IMG/VR virus record: IMGVR_UViG_3300044641_005242
Span: 62,001 to 117,256 of that record
Strand: one strand, 5' to 3'
DNA length: 55,256 bases
DNA from: an uncultured virus (IMG/VR IMGVR_UViG_3300044641_005242)
Lineage: Duplodnaviria > Heunggongvirae > Uroviricota > Caudoviricetes
Part shown: positions 49,579 to 55,256 of the stretch, piece by piece
How positions within the stretch are numbered: the first letter of the stretch is position 1
Layout: each line of letters starts with the position of its first letter
The notes under the pieces: generated by a model
Seen by the model: the letters and a program-made list of their open reading frames with translations, nothing else
The model's database searches: none
Told to the model about the DNA's origin: nothing
Position numbers and translations under genes: made by a program

Positions 49579-50049
49579 ATGCCATACGAATATCACGCTA
49601 AGGTAACCGAAGTTGTTGATGGAGACACAGTTGTTGTAGACATCGACTTGGGTTTTGACGTAAAACTAACAGACCAAAAGGTAAGACTTCTTGGTGTTGA
49701 TACTCCAGAAAGCCGAACTTCAGACAAAATTGAAAAGGTGTTTGGTTTGGCTAGTAAAGACTTTGCAAAAAAGTTTATTGAAGGATGTAAGGACAAATAC
49801 GTAATTCTACGTACCCATATCAGTGATGATGTTGATAGTAGTGGTAGAGAAAAGTTTGGTAGATTGCTTGGAGAAATTGTACATCCAGAAACCAAGAAAG
49901 TTTTAAATGATGAACTAATTACCAATGGTTATGCAGTTCGTTATATGGGTGAGAACAAAGATAAGGTACAAGGTCAACATAAAATCAATCGTAAACGTCT
50001 TATTGATGAAGGTGTTGTAAAATTATCTTATAAAGAAGCTGGTATTTAA
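49579..50049 (+). CDS. Thermonuclease (SNase-like)
   Basis: VVDGDT, VRLLGVDTPE, KFGRLL, LITNGYA. Confidence 0.9.
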   Translation: MPYEYHAKVTEVVDGDTVVVDIDLGFDVKLTDQKVRLLGVDTPESRTSDKIEKVFGLASKDFAKKFIEGCKDKYVILRTHISDDVDSSGREKFGRLLGEIVHPETKKVLNDELITNGYAVRYMGENKDKVQGQHKINRKRLIDEGVVKLSYKEAGI

Positions 50050-50062
50050 TATATTTATTAAT

Positions 50063-50431
50063 GTGGATAAATTAGCTAAATACACAATTGTTAAATTTTT
50101 GAAGTTCGTTAGCGACGAGCTAAACTTGAATAAACCATTCAAAGTCAAGTTAGCTCAAAATCGTGATGACGATTTAAAAACTTATGCTTATTACAACGCA
50201 GCAAATGGTGATGTAAAAGTATATTGCAGAAACAGAGGTTTAGCAGATGTATTGAGAAGTATTGCACACGAATTGATTCACCATCAACAAAATCAAAATG
50301 GAAAGATTCAAGGACCAACCCAAGACGTTGGTGGTGAAATTGAAGATGAAGCAAACAGTGTTGCTGGTCAACTTGTAAAGAAGTTTGGGTATGCAAATCC
50401 CAAGTTGGCTGTATACGAAAAGACTCTATAA
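50063..50431 (+). CDS. Zincin-like metallopeptidase (HExxH)
   Basis: LRSIAHELIHHQQ, EDEAN. Confidence 0.75.
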   Translation: MDKLAKYTIVKFLKFVSDELNLNKPFKVKLAQNRDDDLKTYAYYNAANGDVKVYCRNRGLADVLRSIAHELIHHQQNQNGKIQGPTQDVGGEIEDEANSVAGQLVKKFGYANPKLAVYEKTL

Positions 50432-50815
50432 ATTGGGTCTTACCTTGTTGAAAAACGAAGCGTTATAGTTGGTTGTAGAAAACACTTTTATTTCTTGATC
50501 TTTGAGTTTAAAAAACTTTTTGCTGCGTTTGTATAGTTTTGTGCCCAATCCTTGTCGTCTATATTTACGTTTAATATAGATCATGAATTGAAAAGTTCTT
50601 TTACCGCTGGGTTTTTTAAGTTGTTGTATGATACTCCATCCTACAACAACTCCGTTATCCTTGATAAGGAATACTCTGTTTTTACGTATACTATCTGGTG
50701 TACAACACTCCACATATAGCGAGTATATAGAACCACTCGTAACTAGTTTGGAGCATGCCTTTTCTTCAGAAAGGTTTAGACTTTTGGCGTTTTTAGAATA
50801 AATTCTAATCGGCAC
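50426..50815 (-). CDS. GNAT acetyltransferase
   Basis: VVGW, YIKRKYRRQGLGTKL, FF. Confidence 0.8.
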   Translation of the reverse strand: MPIRIYSKNAKSLNLSEEKACSKLVTSGSIYSLYVECCTPDSIRKNRVFLIKDNGVVVGWSIIQQLKKPSGKRTFQFMIYIKRKYRRQGLGTKLYKRSKKFFKLKDQEIKVFSTTNYNASFFNKVRPNL

Positions 50816-50818
50816 ATT

Positions 50819-51775
50819 TTATAAATATGATCGAATAGTTTCATCAATAGCAGTTTCGAATGGGGTAAGCTTAAATTCTGAAAATTCCATCTTAAAGTCT
50901 CGGTTATCAACGCTGTATCTAAAATCATGTCCTGGCCGATCAGATACAAATTCATACCAAACTTCTGGTAAAGTAGTGTTGGTTATTTGTTCATAACGAC
51001 TCTTGATTAGAGTTAACAGCTCTATATTAGAAAGTTCATTGTTACCCCCAATCAAGTATTGTTTTCCAACCAAACCGCCTAATGTAACACTGATAAGTGC
51101 GTTAACATGGTCTTTTACATAGATCCAGTCTCGTATATTCTCTCCATTTCCATAAATTGGTACCAATTGCTTGTTTTTCAACTTGTTTATGGCTACGGGA
51201 ATTAATTTTTCTGGATATTGTCTGGATCCAAAGTTGTTGCTACAATTAGTGATTATGGTTGGAGTACCATAGGTTTTGTTGTAACTTCGTACCAATAGAT
51301 CGCTGGATGCTTTAGTTGCTGAATATGGACTATTGGGTCTATATGGACTATCTATGTCAAACGAAGATTGTTTAAACCCAAGACTTCCATATACTTCATC
51401 AGTTGATACGTGTATAAGTTTCTCAAGAGTATAACTCTTAAATAGTTCCAACAGATTGAATGTACCGACTATATTTGTTTCAATAAATCTTTTTGGTCCA
51501 GATATAGACTTATCTACATGAGATTCAGCCGCGAGATGAACCACATGAGTTAGGCCCAAACTCAACAAGTAGTTTTTTTGGTCTGGAAAGTATGGTGCTG
51601 AAATATCCAGTGTTAATTTGTGATACTTTGGATTATTTTGAAATGGTAGACTTTTGTTTGCGGCATAAGTACCACAATCTATGTTATACACTTTATCAAC
51701 GTCATTTTGTTTTAGAATTTCTTCTATAAAGTGGCTACCAATAAATCCAGATCCTCCGGTTACTAATATATTCAT
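50819..51775 (-). CDS. rmlB: dTDP-glucose 4,6-dehydratase
   Basis: VTGGSGFIGS, AAESHVD, STDEVYG, PNSPYSATK, CSNNFG, QYPEKLIP, DRPGHD. Confidence 0.96.
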   Translation of the reverse strand: MNILVTGGSGFIGSHFIEEILKQNDVDKVYNIDCGTYAANKSLPFQNNPKYHKLTLDISAPYFPDQKNYLLSLGLTHVVHLAAESHVDKSISGPKRFIETNIVGTFNLLELFKSYTLEKLIHVSTDEVYGSLGFKQSSFDIDSPYRPNSPYSATKASSDLLVRSYNKTYGTPTIITNCSNNFGSRQYPEKLIPVAINKLKNKQLVPIYGNGENIRDWIYVKDHVNALISVTLGGLVGKQYLIGGNNELSNIELLTLIKSRYEQITNTTLPEVWYEFVSDRPGHDFRYSVDNRDFKMEFSEFKLTPFETAIDETIRSYL

Positions 51776-52638
51776 ATGGTCCAGTTTTTAATGCAATAAT
51801 CGAATGCTTCGTCTGCGGTTCTCATTTTGATACCAGTTGACAGCAATTTTTCGTTGCTCATCACACAATTTGAACGTGGGGTCTTGACCACATTCTTATA
51901 GAACTCGTCTTCTTCTACAAACGTGAAGGTTTTATCTTTAGCAATTGTATTTTTAAACTTTTCTGTCACACCTTTGGTGGTAATATACCCACCATTGGTT
52001 ACGTTGTAGATACCATATGGAACCTTTTTGTTTAGTGTTTGAATACAAGCGCTTACGAACTCTTGTTTGTTGCTTACACTATTTTCAGCGTCCAATAGTC
52101 GTTCATACTTCAAAATCTTACTGATATAGTTTCTGGAGTTATCAAATTCTTCGAAGGGAATTCTTAATCTCCAAATATAACTCTTTTCCCATTTACCCAC
52201 AATTTGTTCCGCAATAGTCTTGGTACCACTATAGAAACTACTATTGTTATATTTAAAACTAAAGTTTGGCTCATCTTCTTCTGTGAATGGTTGACCATCA
52301 GATCGTCTACCCTCATAAATACAACCGCTAGATACATGACCCAATGGAATATCATTTAACATACACCAATCGGTTAAAATTTGTGGCCATACAATATTAC
52401 CATGAATTGTATCTTCTTTATGTAATTCACATGCATCAACATTTGGTTTACCAGTGTAACCGGCTGCGTTGATTGCAGCGCCTATTAATGGATAGCCAGC
52501 TTCTTCATACCATTTTTCTAAATCTTGAAAAGTGGTTGTTTTGGTATTTGGCCATAAAAATACAGGAAGCTTAAGCTCTGCAAGTTGCTTTTTAAATTCG
52601 CTACCAATATAGCCTGTTGCGCCGAATAGTATAATCAT
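51772..52638 (-). CDS. NDP-4-keto-6-deoxyglucose reductase, probable bifunctional 3,5-epimerase/4-reductase (RmlD/NRS-ER-like)
   Basis: GATGYIG, AGYTGKPNVDACE, SSGCIY, FTEEDEPNF, SFYSGTK, RLRIP, PRSNC. Confidence 0.85.
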   Translation of the reverse strand: MIILFGATGYIGSEFKKQLAELKLPVFLWPNTKTTTFQDLEKWYEEAGYPLIGAAINAAGYTGKPNVDACELHKEDTIHGNIVWPQILTDWCMLNDIPLGHVSSGCIYEGRRSDGQPFTEEDEPNFSFKYNNSSFYSGTKTIAEQIVGKWEKSYIWRLRIPFEEFDNSRNYISKILKYERLLDAENSVSNKQEFVSACIQTLNKKVPYGIYNVTNGGYITTKGVTEKFKNTIAKDKTFTFVEEDEFYKNVVKTPRSNCVMSNEKLLSTGIKMRTADEAFDYCIKNWTI

Positions 52639-53477
52639 AATAATTTGTTTAAGTATTGCTTATATTCGCAATTTGGTAATTTGTCAATGAGGTTTTTAAG
52701 TTGCGCTTTATTTATTAATTTGCGCTTTAAGCATTCTTCTTCTATACATGCTATTTTTATACCCTGTCTAGATTGAATTGCTTGTATATAAGCACTACTT
52801 TCAAATAATGTTTCAGCACTTCCAGCATCAAGCCATGCTGTGCCTCTTGCAAATTTTATAGCAGTAAGTTCGCCCCTGTCAAGATATATTAAATTCAAAT
52901 CAGTTATTTCAAGTTCACCTCTTGCTGAAGGTTTGAGTGTTTTAGCATATTCAACCACCTTATTATCATAAAAGTACAAACCAGGTACCGCATAATTGCT
53001 TTTGGGTTGAGTTGGTTTTTCTTCTATGCTTAAAACCTTATTATCCTCACCAAACTCAATAACTCCATAAGCTTTAGGATCATTAACTTCATAACCAAAA
53101 ATAATCGCACCTGTAAGTGTAGGCTTGACTCTAGGCATTCCATGGAATATATTATCACCAAGGATCAAAGCAACATTATCTTTACCAATAAAATCTTCAG
53201 CGATAATAAAACTTTCAGCTATGCCTCTGGGTTTGTACTGAACTTTATAGGTAATTTTTAAGCCTAATTGACTTCCATCGCCGAATAACTTTTCATATTG
53301 AGGTAAATAATCTGGTGAGGAGATGATACAAAATTCAGTAATTCCACACGTAATTAACGTGTTAAATGGATAATAAATCATGGGCTTGTCATAAACAGGC
53401 AACAATTGTTTATTTATCGTACTGGTTAATGGATATAATCTACTACCAGTTCCTCCAGCTAAAATTATTCCTTTCAT
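52635..53477 (-). CDS. rmlA: Glucose-1-phosphate thymidylyltransferase
   Basis: GIILAGGTGSRLYP, KQLLPVYDKPMIYY, LGDN, EEKP, SARGELEIT, WLDAG. Confidence 0.97.
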   Translation of the reverse strand: MKGIILAGGTGSRLYPLTSTINKQLLPVYDKPMIYYPFNTLITCGITEFCIISSPDYLPQYEKLFGDGSQLGLKITYKVQYKPRGIAESFIIAEDFIGKDNVALILGDNIFHGMPRVKPTLTGAIIFGYEVNDPKAYGVIEFGEDNKVLSIEEKPTQPKSNYAVPGLYFYDNKVVEYAKTLKPSARGELEITDLNLIYLDRGELTAIKFARGTAWLDAGSAETLFESSAYIQAIQSRQGIKIACIEEECLKRKLINKAQLKNLIDKLPNCEYKQYLNKLL

Positions 53478-53479
53478 TT

Positions 53480-54604
53480 TTATATAAACACCATCTCGTT
53501 TCTAACATTCCTATTATATATTGTATCTATCAACGAATTAGTTGTTGAATCATATATTTCCACCTTTGAAATGTTTTCTTTAACATCCCACATTTTTATG
53601 TAAGGCAATAGAGTTCTATCATAGGTTTCAAAAATTGTATTGTTTAGGTCGTAGAGTACCAGCCTAAGATTGACTTCTTTACCAGAATTATTATCTTGAT
53701 AAATTGCAATATGATTTAGATTATAGTCAGAATCACTAATCATTTTAAATCTACAAAAACATATATTATAACCACGTTTATATATTTCATCAGGCATGTA
53801 ATTGTTATCAGAGTGTGATCTGTCTATTAGAAAATCCTTAAAATATTCAAGTATAACACTATTATTTAGTTCCTGATTAACATTAAATGGTGAATTATGA
53901 TTAATTACTAGATTAGACCTAAAATTTACGTCGTTTTGTTTTATATTTTCCGCAATATAACGTTCATAACTTAAATAATATTTATCAAGGTTATTTTGAT
54001 GTAAGTACTCAAAATATGAACATTTATCAACTATTCTTGTAATTGTTCTTAAAAAATAATCAATTTCAAAATAAAAATAAAAGGGGTTAATTGAATTTTT
54101 AAACGATTTATCATCTACTCTATAGGGATTTGACATATATACAAATCCCTTTTTATATTTACATAAAACGCTTACTTCTTTTACAATGCTAGCCATATTA
54201 GGACCACCAACACAATCATATTCAAATCTGTGAAAATGTGTATATCCAAGTGATTTTGCCAGATGTAACGTATTGAATAGATTAACCAATACTGACAAGG
54301 CGTGTCTTTGAAAATTTAAGTTTTCAATTCTCACTTTAACTTTGTAATCAGAAAACAAATAATAACTTTTGTCAACTTCATCGAAGTCTGACTCAGCAAA
54401 TAATAAATTTTTCTTATCGTAAAAATAATAATCAACCATATTTAAAACACGTTCTGATAAAATCGCATTGGAATTTACTAAAACAGGAATGTTAATTGTT
54501 TTAAACCATTCAAGTTGTTCACAAAACAAATTCTCAGAAGATGGGTGTTTTATATACGCATCAACTATTATAATTTCTTTTACTTCCATAACTAAAATAT
54601 ACAT
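53480..54604 (-). CDS. Uncharacterised GT-A-like family protein (paralog 4 of 4)
   Basis: IIVDAY, HALSVLVNLFNTLHLAKSLGYTHFHRFEYD, YFYF. Confidence 0.6.
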   Translation of the reverse strand: MYILVMEVKEIIIVDAYIKHPSSENLFCEQLEWFKTINIPVLVNSNAILSERVLNMVDYYFYDKKNLLFAESDFDEVDKSYYLFSDYKVKVRIENLNFQRHALSVLVNLFNTLHLAKSLGYTHFHRFEYDCVGGPNMASIVKEVSVLCKYKKGFVYMSNPYRVDDKSFKNSINPFYFYFEIDYFLRTITRIVDKCSYFEYLHQNNLDKYYLSYERYIAENIKQNDVNFRSNLVINHNSPFNVNQELNNSVILEYFKDFLIDRSHSDNNYMPDEIYKRGYNICFCRFKMISDSDYNLNHIAIYQDNNSGKEVNLRLVLYDLNNTIFETYDRTLLPYIKMWDVKENISKVEIYDSTTNSLIDTIYNRNVRNEMVFI

Positions 54605-54634
54605 ATAAAATTTTAAAATTATAAATTTTTTATA

Positions 54635-54663
54635 TTGACAAAGTTTGATAGTTAATCTAGGAT
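54635..54663 (+). promoter_or_regulatory. Sigma70-type promoter
   Basis: TTGACA (54635-54640), 17 nt spacer, TAGGAT (54658-54663); 6 nt before ATG 54670. Confidence 0.7.
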
Positions 54664-54669
54664 ACCACT

Positions 54670-54903
54670 ATGGAAAAAGAACTAACTATTAAAGACAAAG
54701 TAAACAATCCCATCATTATTCAACATGATGACCTTAAGTTTGATGGTAAAACAATTACCATTCCAGGCTATTATGTTGATATCATTTTGGACTATATCAA
54801 AGATTATGAAGTTGATGGAGTACCACAAGTAGATATTGATGATTATATTTCATTTCGTGATTTTCTTTATGATATTCAAGAACACAAAAATAGAGGAAAT
54901 TAA
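54670..54903 (+). CDS. Hypothetical protein
   Basis: 77 aa ORF behind a sigma70-like promoter. Confidence 0.65.
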   Translation: MEKELTIKDKVNNPIIIQHDDLKFDGKTITIPGYYVDIILDYIKDYEVDGVPQVDIDDYISFRDFLYDIQEHKNRGN

Positions 54904-54906
54904 TTT

Positions 54907-55256
54907 ATGGGAATGTTTGATGACATAGTGTGTAAATATCCACTTCCGTTACCTGAAGATCCTAAAGGTTATTGTAATAACAAGTATCAAACCAAGGATT
55001 TTGACAACGCAATGGATTTGTATGAAATCCGTGAAGATGGTAAACTTTGGTTGCGTTGTGCAGAGTATGAATACACTGACGGTAACCCAAATGCTAAAAC
55101 TTTACTTGATAAGTTGCCTTTTCATAAGGAAACCAAAGTTTGGTGGCAACAAATTTTCCCAATAACAGATACAATCCGATTGTATGCGTATGACAGTGAT
55201 ACTAATGATACATATGATTATTGGATTGAATATGATGTAACATTTGTAGATGGTAA
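54907..55256 (+). CDS. Conserved phage hypothetical protein, 3' end outside window
   Basis: Hand translation MGMFDDIVCKYPLP..YQTKDFDNAMDLYEIREDGKLW, open to the window end. Confidence 0.75.
   Translation, partial: MGMFDDIVCKYPLPLPEDPKGYCNNKYQTKDFDNAMDLYEIREDGKLWLRCAEYEYTDGNPNAKTLLDKLPFHKETKVWWQQIFPITDTIRLYAYDSDTNDTYDYWIEYDVTFVDG

Noticed and set aside
238..53548. Many 60-150 aa alternative-frame or antisense ORFs in the track (e.g. 6991..7440, 42988..43428, 49593..49925)
   Set aside because: They lie wholly or almost wholly within well-supported genes and show no motifs; shadow ORFs.
1..55256. Giant eukaryotic virus (NCLDV) origin suggested by the glycan genes and RFC-like loader
   Set aside because: Sigma70-like promoters, ATGA-coupled operons, a T4-type lysozyme and a gp45-like clamp fit a bacteriophage better.
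1..55256. Bacterial O-antigen or capsule locus
   Set aside because: No Wzx, Wzy, ABC exporter or initiating transferase is visible, and the genes are interleaved with phage replication and virion-type genes.
1..55256. Stop-codon reassignment as in some jumbo phages
   Set aside because: The standard code gives full-length recognisable proteins and near-complete coding coverage.
1..55256. tRNA, CRISPR array, intron or large ncRNA
   Set aside because: The largest unexplained gap is about 100 nt (34250-34349). No cloverleaf, repeat-spacer pattern or split gene was seen by eye.

Overview
AT-rich, gene-dense segment of a large tailed bacteriophage genome, most likely a T4-related jumbo phage. Supporting evidence: the C-terminus of a family B DNA polymerase, a gp45-like sliding clamp, a gp44/RFC-like clamp loader, SNF2-type helicase, dCMP deaminase, HNH and GIY-YIG nucleases, head-internal-type proteins with a T4-type lysozyme domain, and sigma70-like promoters. 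The dominant feature is a very large glycosylation complement: about 17 putative glycosyltransferases (several as paralog pairs), a 4-member uncharacterised GT-A-like family, 5 SAM methyltransferases and a B12 radical SAM enzyme. It also has nucleotide-sugar enzymes: RmlA/RmlB with a probable bifunctional epimerase-reductase, Gmd with a ColD-type His-dehydratase, Glf, a compact aminotransferase with an acetyltransferase, and an NTP-transferase-HAD/cupin/GDPD module. Auxiliary genes include IscU, a Dps/ferritin-like protein, ClpP and a Nudix hydrolase. A TATTTATA motif recurs a few nt upstream of many start codons and Shine-Dalgarno sites are nearly absent, suggesting a phage-specific promoter and near-leaderless mRNAs. 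No tRNA, rRNA or CRISPR array was seen. All family calls come from motif recognition by eye, not database searches.
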